A stretch of DNA of 64,000 nt from Trichoplax adhaerens (taxonomy: Eukaryota; Animalia; Placozoa), in the NCBI RefSeq assembly GCF_000150275.1, contig NW_002060943.1:11966878-12030877 (forward strand), read 5' to 3'. The translations under genes were made by a program, and so were the position numbers. Positions 40,501 to 53,581 of the stretch are shown piece after piece (within the stretch, counting starts at the first letter, position 1; each line of letters begins with the position of its first letter). A model generated the notes under the pieces. The model was given only the letters and a program-made list of their open reading frames with translations. It was not told where the DNA came from and ran no database searches.

Positions 40501-43500
40501 GACTTTTTGAAATGTTTGAAATACGCTTTCATTCAGTTGAGTTATTAAATCACTATTACTTTTACCCATAGTACTTGAATTGTATATTTGCTCTTCACGA
40601 CGAAAATTTTGAGACAGATGCCAACAACTGAACATATCAGCAACATATCGAAACAATTCTTCACCAGTCTTATTGCATCCAGTTATCCATGTTTGCTTAT
40701 GCCTATCTGTTAATTTAATTAACATTGGATAAAATGTTCTTACATTTTGAGCTAACTTGATATAATCTTCCATAACATCAACCTCATCTTGAGCATCATA
40801 ATCAGCCACTTTGGTTAATCTATCTTCGCGTCGATATAGATCGATTGCAAAATCAGTTAATTTTTTAGTTACTGGCAAGAAATGGGTATCTAGTAATGAC
40901 GCTGAACAGTGTTTGATTAAAGGTAAAGCGTAATCACCTATACGATATATCGTTGGAATATCGTGTGTTACAAAATTCGTATTAATAATACGCAGGATGT
41001 GACCTAGCAGGAAATTAGCATAATTCTCGTTGACTTTGCTACCTTCATCGGTAGTGGTTGTCGAATTCGTATATCTGTTACGTCCATTTATACAAATCCA
41101 ATGCGATATATAACTACATAACATTGGCAATATAACATCAGTAATATAAGACGATTTTTTGAATCCACAATTCGAATAAACGTAATCATCAACCATATTT
41201 AGTAATTCATTTAAATGCGGTAAATTAGAATGAGATTGAATTTCTGGGCTCTCGTCTATTGTTGGTAATGCGTAGCTATTACTAATTTCGCTCTCTGACA
41301 ACGACAGTCTTATATTGTCATTATGGGATTGCTCGTTGCTTGACTTTGCTAAGTTACCACCATGATTTGTACCAATGTTAATATCATTATAGTGGTGTGA
41401 TAAATGTTTGCTTTCAGCAGCTAAAACGTCTATATCGAAAGGGTCTGATGAAATCGGTCTAACAAATAAGGATAAATTAACAGTGGTATGATTCAATTCT
41501 AAGAATGGCATAGTAAATGAAGCCGATATTAAATTCAGGCAATTTCCAATATCAGCTAAATGTTTCTGATCTCGTATCTTGTCATTACAACCAAGTCGAT
41601 ATAAACTATTAATTATGCCGAAACATGCAGTTTTCACCTTGTCGTAAGAAAAAATTCCATTCACATCGTATTTAAATATTTGTCGAAATAATGAACACAA
41701 AATAGGTAGAAGTACGTCAAAAATATATCGCATAAGCTTTGATTCATAAGATATTACCACATTATTTAAATCTTCTGCAGCTGTCAATAGTAATTTCTGC
41801 AGATTAGATACTGAATCTTGAAACCCATGAAATATTAATGCTCCAATGTCTAGAACGGTTACTATAACTTGAATACAATCAACTACGATTGCTGGAGAAC
41901 CGAATAAATTGCAATCATTTCTAGCAATCATGGCTAATTTATAAAACAATGTTGCTACCATTTTTTTCTCTCTAGCAGTTGCTGCACCGTAGACAGTCTG
42001 CTGTTGATTTTCTGTGGCAATAAAATACGACTGATGTATTTCAAAGTAATGCTGTACAAGTGGTATGCATACTTTAGCATAAAAGTCGGTGTTAGCTACT
42101 GGATCGGTTGGGCTTTTACGCTGCTTTAGTTCATATTCTATAGGTCTAGTATAACCGATGATACTTTGTAGTAGGCAAAATGCAAATCTCTTTTCCGTTG
42201 TAAAGTATTGAGTTAATGTATCACCAAATATAGATGTACACCGATCTGCACGAGTACATTCAAATTTGAATAATTTCATGTAGCGAAGAAAGTCTCGAGT
42301 TTGGCTTAGGTATCGCTCTTTATCTTCATCAGGTAATATATGATAAGGTATCAGTATAACTGCTCCTTTGCCAGATGCTTCTAAGGCCTCAAATTGTTTC
42401 AATTGATGGGCATTATCAGCTAAAAATGCAGCTATATTTTCAGTTTCAGCACTTAATTCGATACTAGAGACGTCAAGTGGCGCTGGACAATAACCATGTG
42501 GCGATTGCGATACATTTGTATTGACGGCACTCTTTCTGTAAGGGATTAATTCTTCTTTCGTGATATCTCCATGACTTGTTATACTCCAGCCTGAGGCCAA
42601 AATTGTTCTGAGGCAATCATTCATATATTTATTTAAATGATATTTGTCCTTTTGACTTAACAAGTTATATGGAAGGAGTAAACTATCTTTTTTATCATAT
42701 TCATCGGATTCGAAACCAAAGGACCAACCTTCCGTAAATTGTTTATGTGCCCAAATGTCGTGCTTATTGCATGCGTACGAATGGATTAAGTGTTTTAATT
42801 CATCTGTTAAAATTACATTAACCGTATTAACAGGTTGCGGTATATAAATATCCTCAAAGTCGGTACTAAGGCTACGATGTAAAGATGCGGCCGGAGAAAT
42901 GGTTTGTCCTGGTTGAGAAAGGACGTAATCCGGTGATAGTGAACATGCACTACTAAACAAGCATGATAAAGCACAAGAAAATAATTTTTTCGAATAACTG
43001 CCTTTTGACAATGCTCCTAAGAGTTGTGTAAACAATACCATAGTTAACGTTTTTTCTTCTGCTGAAGCGGTACCCAGGGTACACCAACCACCGGATGAAT
43101 TATAGTATTTACCGCAACGCTCAAAATGGCTAGCAAGTATAGATAAACCTACAGAATTTTCCTCGATTAAAACCGGCATATCGTGCGCTAATATTCTCAA
43201 TGATTTAATCATTAGACTAGGCTTTAATTCACATGTAAAAGCAAGTAGAAATCCATTGACACTATCTTGACCAGCGGCATTTAAGAATGAACATTTTGAT
43301 AAACGATAACACACGTCAATAGTCTTAGCCATTAATTCTGGCTGGCTATCAGCACCATTGAATAAATGGGCGTGATTAGTTAGTAAACGCATAACACTAC
43401 CACTTATGTATCGATTAATAGCTGATATCATTTCTGTCGATAAAGGAACTTCATCCAAACTTATTGAATTAGTTAAATCAGGTAAAAATGCATAATTAAG

Positions 43501-46500
43501 CAAACGTAATAGAACCTCTTGACTGTCAACACCATAAACACGATCTAGAAATGTTACCATCGCGATTTTATGTGATGGTATCAAGCCTCTTGTTTCCAAT
43601 TCCATACAATTTTTATCTTTATTTGGCACAGGCAATGAAAATTCCAAACTGAGAACGCCAATGATTTCACGTAAAGGAATAAGACTTTGAAGTATAGCTT
43701 TAATTCGATCTCGAGTTTTAAGAGCCACCTTTCTATGGTCCGTACCAGCAATGGCTTTAACACGTATATCAGAAGGCACATACGAGTCGATAGGATTAGC
43801 GGATGAACATTTGGCAGCTAAATCTATCAGATTAGAGTAAAACGATAAAGTTTGAGTTCCAACTTCTGAACGTGATTTACCATTGACTGTAGCGGAATCG
43901 TCAGTGCTAAGAGACAACGAAATAGCTTCTCTGAATGCTTGACAGATACCCATTCCTTCACTACCCAGAGCAGGACCCAAGCATTCAGGTCGTCGTATTA
44001 GTAAGCGCACAACTAATGATGCATTTTCTTCTACAGACTCATTGTCCACCCAAATGGCATGACGAAGAAAATCAAGGTACCTTTCGCCTTCCTTAGGCTC
44101 CCAACCTGCGTCAAACATCATTTCTAGCTTACTAATAATTCTATTTCGTCTAGCTCTTAGCATCCGATTACTCCAAGTATTGGAACGATTCAGTAACGAC
44201 GACGACCTCGCTTTCGTAGATCCAGAGGTGAGCATATCAACTGCATCTGATATTGACTGTATTTTTGTACTCGGAGCAGTAAGTGCTAAAAGCGATACTA
44301 CACGCTCTAAATGATGTTTACGAAGTGCCAATACAAGCTCTAAATTATCTTTCATAGCTGCAGCGGCAACATCCAAAGGTGTTGCACCTACCATGCTTGT
44401 GCATGTAACACTGGTATCACTGTGAGATAATAAATAAGTCATATGTTCGAACATAGCACGCTGATTTTGTTGACTGGTACGACAAAAAAAGCATAAAAAT
44501 TTACAACATGCAGCTACCATAACCGGAGAGAGGCATTTTCTAGTTATCTCACTTTGTCCATCTGGTTTTGGAGAAGTTGATGCTGAAAGGTCCATAGTAG
44601 CACCTGCCCAAGATTGAAATTGCGAACCTTTTTGTTTTTCGACTTCCTTACCTAAAACGTTGACCATAACCTCCATAACTGTTTTATGTACCCCTAAAAC
44701 ACGCATTAAATCAGGATGCTGAAAGAAAATCGTATTGTTCATTAGTTCTTTCAATCCATTAGTCATTTGCATCTCTTCAGTCGCGCCCATCCTGACCGTT
44801 AAGAGCGACCTAACTGAACCTAATGCTTTCAGAAGATTTGTTACATTATCACCTCCAACATCATTGATAGTGTAGGTCTTTGTAATAGCTTCAGCAAGTT
44901 CTGCCATACCATCATGTAATCTGAACCATAAACGGAATATAGCTTTAATCAAAGCAACATCTGTAATACTTTGTTTACCCCAAGCTATTAAGACTTCAGC
45001 TAGAATTTCTTGCAATGTCGCTCTATTTGCATTAGTCAGTTGTAAATTTTTAGTCGATTTGCTACTAGACCATAACGATTTCTTTAATCTATCTATTACA
45101 GCGACACTTTCTGTAGTCTTAATGATTCCATTTCCTTTACCACAATGTTTCAGAACGTCTTTATGATAGCTTCTTAACGAGACTTGTAAATCTTTACTAC
45201 AAGGATTACTTTCCGCTGTTTCACGCGTCTTAAATGACAATAACATCAAAAGTTGAGTTCGTGGTGGAATACGAAATTCTCTTGTTTTTCTAGCAGTTAC
45301 CGCAACAGGATATTGACTATTTCTAATTTCGTTGTGCCTACGTCTTTGCTCCTTTTGCAGAGCATCGACGAAATTAGAAGTGTATGCAACCAAAGATTCA
45401 ACTCTATAACGTAGCTGGCAATCACATAAATGATCCAATAACTGACATAATTCCAATTTAACGGGTTCATCCAAGTCAGTCATTCTTAATAACCCTACTT
45501 CAAGGGTTGCCTGAGAGACAGTCATCTTCGATCCGAAATTTTGCGGATCTAGGAGTAACAACAATAGCTCCATGTCGCTTTCATCTAGTACTCCCATAAC
45601 TAACAAACAATCAGCGACTTTGAGTAACGGTACCAATAATAGACTACGACTTTCACGATGAGTTTCTTTACGACTACGATTAATGGCTTGCATATGATAT
45701 TGTAAAGTTCTAAAGACATGCTTTTTAAGTGGTGTTAAAGGAAAAAGAGGTTTATCTAACGAAGTATGCTGAATAGAATAAGACTGCGCTTGTGCGCCTT
45801 CAATTGTGCACGAAACATCGTGCGTAAGACCAGATTTCCTATGTGGGCTTAAAACCGTGCCGGGTAGGGGAGCTGCGGATAAGGAATAAGAGCCGTTACT
45901 TACTGTTGTATTATCACTTTTACTGGACGTAAAAGATATTGGTGTTGCTTTTTCCACTTTAAGAGGTAAGATGTATTCTCCTCTAGTTAATAATCTAGCT
46001 TTAGCATGTTCTTCTAAGTGTAATGATACTAATAAATCATAGTAACCAACGCGTACAACATCAGGCAGATCAAAACATTGAATACAATACATCAACTGCC
46101 ATTCATCGACGTAGTAACGAATTTTGTCAGCAACGTAAATATTACCATGAGAACACAAGGCACTGTATAATTTTAGTGTGTGGGTGTGAAAATACATTAA
46201 CTTTTCTTTTTCAATTAATTCTTGTAGATTTATACAACGATTTTCCTCGGGTATATTAATCATGACACTGTAGGATGGATCTTCGCGTTCAATTTCATAT
46301 CCATGACGCAAAGCTTTCTCGACTGTTACTAGCGAGCTTGTTTGCATTCTACACCAAGTATTTGCTTTTAGAGCTTGTAATACCGGTCGCTTAATTAGAT
46401 GAGTAGCATCGCTTTTTTGTGATAATTTATGTGAATTAGAAGTAAAACATACAGGAAGGCAGTCTTTGGAAATTCTAAATTCAATTTGAAAAAGATTTTT

Positions 46501-49500
46501 ATCATTATTAGGAGTACGAACATAGATTGCAGGATAAAGTTTGGCTCCTTCCTCAACGTCGAAATGAGTAAATTGGCAGGTAGATCCATTGAATGCGAAA
46601 TCAAGTTTACCCGTATTAACATTGGCGTAACAATCAATTAAAATATCACCTAACACGGCTGAACTTATCTTTCGTTTCCCTCTCTCTGCAATCAAATCAG
46701 AAACACGGGCCATATAGCACTCACGAGTTGTATCACTCCAGTAGGATGGAAGGGCATTGTGCAGTTTTTGCACTTGGGTAGCAGTATTAGTCGAGGATAG
46801 CTGATCATCCGAGTTGTCCGATTGTTTTTTCCAACCCTTCATAGTCGCTTTTCTCGAAGAATAATCTCCAAAGCTATTGCCGTAGTTATGTAGTTTAGAT
46901 GATATCCAACCTACATATATTTCGTACGGATCTTGTGCTTTAAAAATACGCAATGTAAAGCAATATTTTCCTAAAAATTTGGATTTTTTCCTACGGGAAC
47001 TGGAGACCATTGGTACAGTAAAATTAACTGGATAATTCAGGCGCAATAAATCGAACTTCTTATGACTTTGATCTGAGGAGTTTCGCAAGGGTTTACTATT
47101 AACTCGCAATGTTGGATGATCTCGGGTATGCATTAACCATTCAGTAACTTTAACAGTAGGGTGAGTATCGTTGATTGTTTCGAATGTAGCAATACCGCTA
47201 GCAAACCATAACGGAATACTATCAGATGTAACAATTCCAAATGGATCATAGTTCTCTTGATAGCCAAATATGTTGAAGTATTTAAATGAAGTTGGATCAT
47301 GACCAAAATTAATTCTACCACTTTGACCAACAGCCAAGCTACATGCAGGTAGATATCCAACGGTAACATCGATGTCTTCAAAAGCGTATGAGGACATTCC
47401 ATCTTGCAAAAGTTCACCATTCAACGTAAAGCTAATTTTACCAGTATCTAAATCAAGCAAGCATCCGACGATATCACCTTTATTCCAAGTCTTTCCAAAA
47501 CTTTCTGAACCGTGATTCCACTTTCGAGCTAAGAATCCGTCATAACTATATGAGTTACTACTACCACCAACTTCTTTTCCGGCTTCAAAGAACTCAGAGC
47601 ACCATCCAACTCTCATCATACCAGGACTATTAACGTGAAATTCGTAGTACCATTTGCCTCTACGAACAGCATACATCTTTTCAACACGAAAGGTCCTCAT
47701 GCTGCCGTTTTGGGCTCTATCTGTAACTTGACGTGACAAGCTTTTAGCTGAATCAACATTCAGATCGACTGCAGGCGAATCAATGGTACATCCAAATCCA
47801 ATAATGGTTCTAATAGTTTCACGGGCAGTATCGCGATTAGATTTCATAGACTGTTCATCAAGCTTTTCGTATGGTATTAACATAGGATTTCTTTTTCTAT
47901 CTCCATCTTTAGAAAGTCCGTATGACCAACCCTGTTGGATACGATCTTTTGCCCATACTTCATGAGCATTTTTAGCTAAAATTTCAACTACCTTTTCTAA
48001 ATGGTCGTTTAAAATTTCCTTTTGAGCTAGGTCTAACGGGTGGGGCTTATATCCATTAGATAAAAGGTATTTGCTATCAGGTAAATGTTGATATTTAGTA
48101 ACATTTTTACCTTCTCCAACAACGTTTATAACATAGCCTAATGCAACCAACGATTTTAACGTTTCCATAGCCATTTTAATGTCATATTCTTTTTCTTCTT
48201 GTGATAATTCAGTAAAAGGTCTCAAACAAGGATGCACTTTCAATGTATCACTTCTGTCCCTTCCAAACTTCCATCCAGCGTCTATTTTATTTCTAGCCCA
48301 GATATCGTGCATGTTAATAGCTAATTTATCGCGAAGATCGTTTAAATAAGTGGGTAAGGATACGTCCGTAGTATCGATAGGAGCTGGAATAAATACACTA
48401 TGTTCAGTTTGTGCTGTCGGACCGATGATTTCATAGCGGTAAGGGTTGCCAAGAACCATAGATTCTTGTACTCTAACCGATTCTCCATAGTCTAAGCCTT
48501 CATAAATGGGAGCATAGTGCCTTGAGTTATAATTAAATTCCCCGTAATCACCTCCTAACAGTAATCGGCATCGAACAGTGGAGGACATACTTATAGCTGG
48601 CGAGAAAAGTTGTTTGTCTATAGAAATATCTCTAAATTCACCAGTTATCAATTTCCCGTTTATGCTGAAAGTCATTGACTGCTTGCCTAAATCTAAATAA
48701 CATCCGATAACGTCGCCATTTCGAAACTGGTGAGGTGCTGTTTTCGCTGCTTCTTCATTTAATTTGTCTTCTTGAATAGATTGGTTCAATTCGTTATCTA
48801 CATCATTGTAAGAGTTATCTTCACTGTCAAAATCTGCCACACTAGAGCTTTCCATTGAATCGTCAAGGTCATCTTTAGCAATATTCAGTGAATGATTCAA
48901 TCCTAACTTTTCCTGGCCAATGAAGCAAAACATACTTCCACTTTTCTTCATTGTACGCTTAGCCTTGGAAACCGGCTTATTTTTAACTGATAGATATCGA
49001 CCGTTCGTCCACAAGTTGACGCCATCAAAACCATATGAAAATATACTATCCCCTATACCAGCACCACTCCAATTTTCACCGGCTTCAGCATGATGTACTT
49101 CCTTAATATTTCTCCAACCAATTCGTAAGTGACTGATAGGAGATGCAGCTTTATTAGCAACACATAATACCGAATCTTGGGATGGAGGTTCAACATGGTC
49201 AACAGCAACTTCAAAATACCACTTAGAATGTTGGGCAGAACCATTGAATAAGCCAACATAAATATTTGCAGTTACACTATATACGGTAACATAATATAGA
49301 TATTTTTTTCAAAATTTAGCGTTCGTAATGTAGTAAGTTATCGGGATAAACGTAAAATAGTACTTTGTTTATTCTATTTATAAATTAATCATACCTAGTT
49401 ATTTGATCTACTAATTTTGTTTGAAGTAGTAACTTCTGCTTTGGTAGTAGATTGTCACAAATAAGATTTTGATTTGCACGAACAGCAACGCCATTACATA

Positions 49501-52500
49501 CGCATATCCTCGATAGCATATCTAGAATCTACGAATACAGATTTTCAACTTTGTGATTAGAATAGAGAAATAAATTAGATAGACTAACGACGGCTGACAT
49601 AATAACACCAAAAAAGGTACCAACCCTATTATCGCGACCGTGTTTATCCAATAGATTGATCATACATTTTATATGTTGCTCTTTCACCTAAATTGGCAAC
49701 GTAAATCTAAAATTAAATCGAAATCTTGATATACGTAAACTACAGAAAAATTAAACTTACACTACTTAATGATTGCGAACTTTCCGTTAGAATACATAAA
49801 AGTACTTGTAAAAGTCCTAGACATTACAAAAAATAGTCTCATTTTTACAGTTTAAGAATTTTAACACAACATTACTTAGCTGATTCAATAGCAAGTGATA
49901 TTATACAGTCAAAAGGCATTCATGGGTTACCATCAATGTAATGTTCTCTTTCTAGCCTTTTCAGTAGCCAATCTAATGATATGGCCTCTACCAATTTAGT
50001 ACAATTGGTATGGTTCTCACGTATCATTGCAGCTACAAAAATTTAGGTATAGAAATAGTATATCATTAGAAGAGTTTAAAAATGGCTGCAGTTTTTGTAT
50101 GGGGATTAAAATTTAAATACCCTAATATCGTCTCTCTACCTAATAATTTAAATAATAGATCGTGAATTTTGAACCACATAGAGTCATTTTGAACGTCTTG
50201 AAAAGTTATCTTTGAATCGCCATCTCGACAAATTTTTCCAATAACATCAAGAACCAGGGAAATAACACCCTAATTAGAGATGAATCATTATTGCGCAATT
50301 ATAACATGGTTTATATATATATATATATTTATCGTTAAATGATATCAGTTAGATTATTTATTTTATTAATGGCCAATTCATTACCTCGTTTTGAAATAAT
50401 TCTTGGCGCTTTTTTAATGCGACCCTGTGTTTTTGCTTCACTTCATGAGCTAATCGCAACAGTAAAGAAGAACGATTTCAGTTTACATTATCACTTTACG
50501 GTAAAGTAAATCTAAGTTTGGTACCTAAATTTTCTTTTTGCCATGCAAAGTAACCAAGAAGATCGTTCAGTATAAAAACTATATATTCTAGAGCTTTGAG
50601 ATCAACATCCTCTGTCTCATGTTTGATTGTTAACTCATTATTATCATCGGAATTACCAGTACCTAAGGAACTATCACAGCAAACAAAGACAGCTTAGGTA
50701 AACAGCCAGTTGGATAAGGCAAAATATTTACCAGTCAATACGTGTAGGTATGTAAAATATTTACGTACATTTTTAATGTTTTTACTCTTACCTTAAAAAT
50801 TGATATAGAAGCTCAGAACAAACTTTGATTATGTGAGCAGTGCGAATTTCTTCAGTTTCCCCCCTAGTCACAGAGAGAGCACTGTCCATATGTCCTTCGA
50901 CTAAGAGGTGGACCTTAATGTCGGATGATTTTTTATTAGCGATAATATTAAAAGGAAATGGCTAAATTTCAAGTAGGACACAATATCAAAACAGCATTAA
51001 ACTTAGGCAATAACATTTTCAAGTTTAAAATTTTTTATGATCAACCTCTTTAATAACTTGCTTTCGCTGACCATGGGTTGTCTAAAATTTCGTAGGAAAA
51101 TACATGCGTTAATGATGCCATGGCCTACACTTTAATGGAATCACCAGCTATATACCCGTACCTGAGGACCGACCCATAAACCGGTTTTATAATGTCTAAG
51201 GAATACAAGAGAATCTCCAAACTTTATTTCTGGTATTCCCATCCCTTGGTTTATTTCATCTTTTTCGTCCCAAATACAAATATTATCCTAGTTTTGCAAA
51301 ATGATTTAATAAAATTCAGTCGGTGTAATTCGGCTATTACATTATTGTAGTAAGCTACTTTTATTGATGACAAAATCGGTAGATTGTATATATTTTATTC
51401 AATTACCTGAGAAGGTTGCAGACAAAATAATGCTGAATCTTCGGATTTCGCTGCCTCAGATGTTAGTAGACATAAATGCTTCTTATCATCTGACATACCG
51501 ATGTATTGGCCTATACATATAGCATGCAATACAGTATTACGTATTAATTTGTCAAACTAGAAGAATTTAAATGTCATCATTAAAGAATTAAGCGTATATA
51601 TTTATACCTGATATAACGTTACGCAATCGAAATGGTTGTCCCCATCGGATAAATGCGCTGCTCCACCTGAATTACATAATCGCAAAGTTAAACAAATACC
51701 CAAAGGTGCACAGTTTGCGTTGTCTATGTTACAAATATTGGATTAAATTTCTTAACGAGCCTTGGTCGTATAACTTCAATTCGCCATAGAGACTTTGTTT
51801 GACAAAAGTGATCTTGCATAAAATACAGAAGGCTACAAAAGGAAAATCTCACACTTAAATCTTTGCTTATCATCAGTGCATCGGCAGTGTAATAATTACC
51901 CAAAGTATGTTAGACGCATAATAAACAAGCTATATATCTAGTATAGTCATAGTGAGTTACCAATGCTGTTCTTCCGAGCCGCACTTATAATCATCAGGTA
52001 TCGATAAATATTCATCACCGCCGCGTATAAAGCGCATGACATCGCCACCGTTCAAGTAGCCTTGAAAGGATACGAACAAAAGCTAATAATTTAAAAATAA
52101 GATATTTCCATAACTTTTAGGAGTTATTTCAAACCTCGGCTTTTTGTTAACGCCCAACCACTCATGACAGGATTTACAATCCATACAGTTTGTTGAAATG
52201 ATGCTTGTACGGTTAAATCATTGGATGATGTCGATACATACTAATCAGAAAAGGGAATTAATGAATTAATTTAATGCAATACAACAGGTTCAGATAGAAG
52301 CAACAAAGTATGAAAAAGTTACCAAATAGCGTTCGGAATATACATTAACGAAAATAACGTTATCACCAAGTCGAACCTATACGTTTTATAGACGTTAAGA
52401 ATATATAAATAGCTTTTCAAATTGCAATAGCTAATTGACCGTAGACAAAGGAGTAAAACAAGAAGTTGCACAATGAAGTTGTAATATCTGTATATTCAAA

Positions 52501-53581
52501 ATTGATTAGCTATTACTTTTTCTCCTTCGGATCGATGATGTGACGCCGGGTGGATGGTCCACCAGCATGATTCATCTGAAAATGGAAAATTAACATTATG
52601 CCCCGAAACATAACTTTCTATGATGATGACAGACCTACGACAAATACATCGTTAAACATCGGATACAGTAATTTAAAGGCAGTTTAATGTGGTGTAATAA
52701 GACTTTTCTACTATTAATTAGGCATACAAGACCTAAAGATAAATGATCAATATATAGTACAATCATTTATTGATAAGTTCGTTAACAAAGTAAACGATCC
52801 TAACCTTGAGAATGCTGTTCCAAACCAACATCAAAAGCTAATTTGTCTGAAGTCGAACATGATGACAAACAAGATAGATACTAATAGAATTAAGAATTCA
52901 TTTTTAGAAGTATAATTGCTTTCTTTCCATTAAAAAATAGTTTCATGTTTATTAAGAAAATACATCGATAGCTCATAGGAACTTATTTTCAGAACTATAT
53001 TGCATTCATTGGGATTAAATAATAATTTCAAGTTAGTTAAAAATGGGAGTAGGTACATGATAAATACCTTTCTACTACTCGTATGGCGTAGCAGTACTGC
53101 ATGACCATATAATAGTGTTCTCCTACCAGCTTGGCTACCACTCTGTAACAATTATAAAATTAAGAAAATCAACGTTATTTCTTCTATACGGTCTTGTTCA
53201 TAACAATAATTATAATGTCGACATTACTATTGTGCACAGCTTAGAAGAGATTACTTACACCAGTAACGGAGGTAGTAGCCACGACCCTTTCTTGTAATGC
53301 TCTAACCGACATAGCTTGTTCCAAGATAAATACACATAGGGACATATTTGGTAATCGTTCCTAGTTTATTCAACAAAATCTAGGGTAAGCTTATCGAGCA
53401 GTTGAAGTTTTGAGTAAATTTCTTGCTGAAATAAAGGGAATGGAATTATTCTAACCGTATTAATCCAATGTTCTAGATGGCATAGTCTACTTCCAAAACC
53501 AACCGCAGCTAATATGGCGCGACATTGTTGTATACTATCATATTTATTTGCAAGATTGCATGATAAAGTAATAGAATCTTC
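34549..53581 (-). CDS. RYR: Ryanodine receptor (intracellular Ca2+-release channel), ~5000 aa, at least 40 coding exons; the short first coding exon is not resolved (upstream of 53581)
   Basis: N-terminal exons [46 protein letters not shown] (MIR domains). SPRY and RyR repeats, [22 protein letters not shown] and an EF-hand pair. Pore [11 protein letters not shown]6 [43 protein letters not shown]-terminal [14 protein letters not shown]. Stop TAA at 34551-34549. Confidence 0.97.
38359..49276 (-). other. Single 10,918-nt coding exon of the RyR gene
   Basis: Acceptor AG at 49278-49277 and donor GT at 38358-38357. The frame is continuously open (includes the 3577-aa ORF) from SPRY1 through the EF-hands. 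Confidence 0.9.

Noticed and set aside
38759-47965. Small alternative-frame and antisense ORFs inside the RyR giant exon
   Set aside because: Expected shadow ORFs of a long coding sequence, with no independent signal.
38281-49014. 3577-aa ORF treated as a standalone intronless gene or a truncated soluble RyR
   Set aside because: It is an internal exon: the frame extends 5' to the acceptor at 49277, and the last ~25 codons are read-through into the intron after the donor at 38358.
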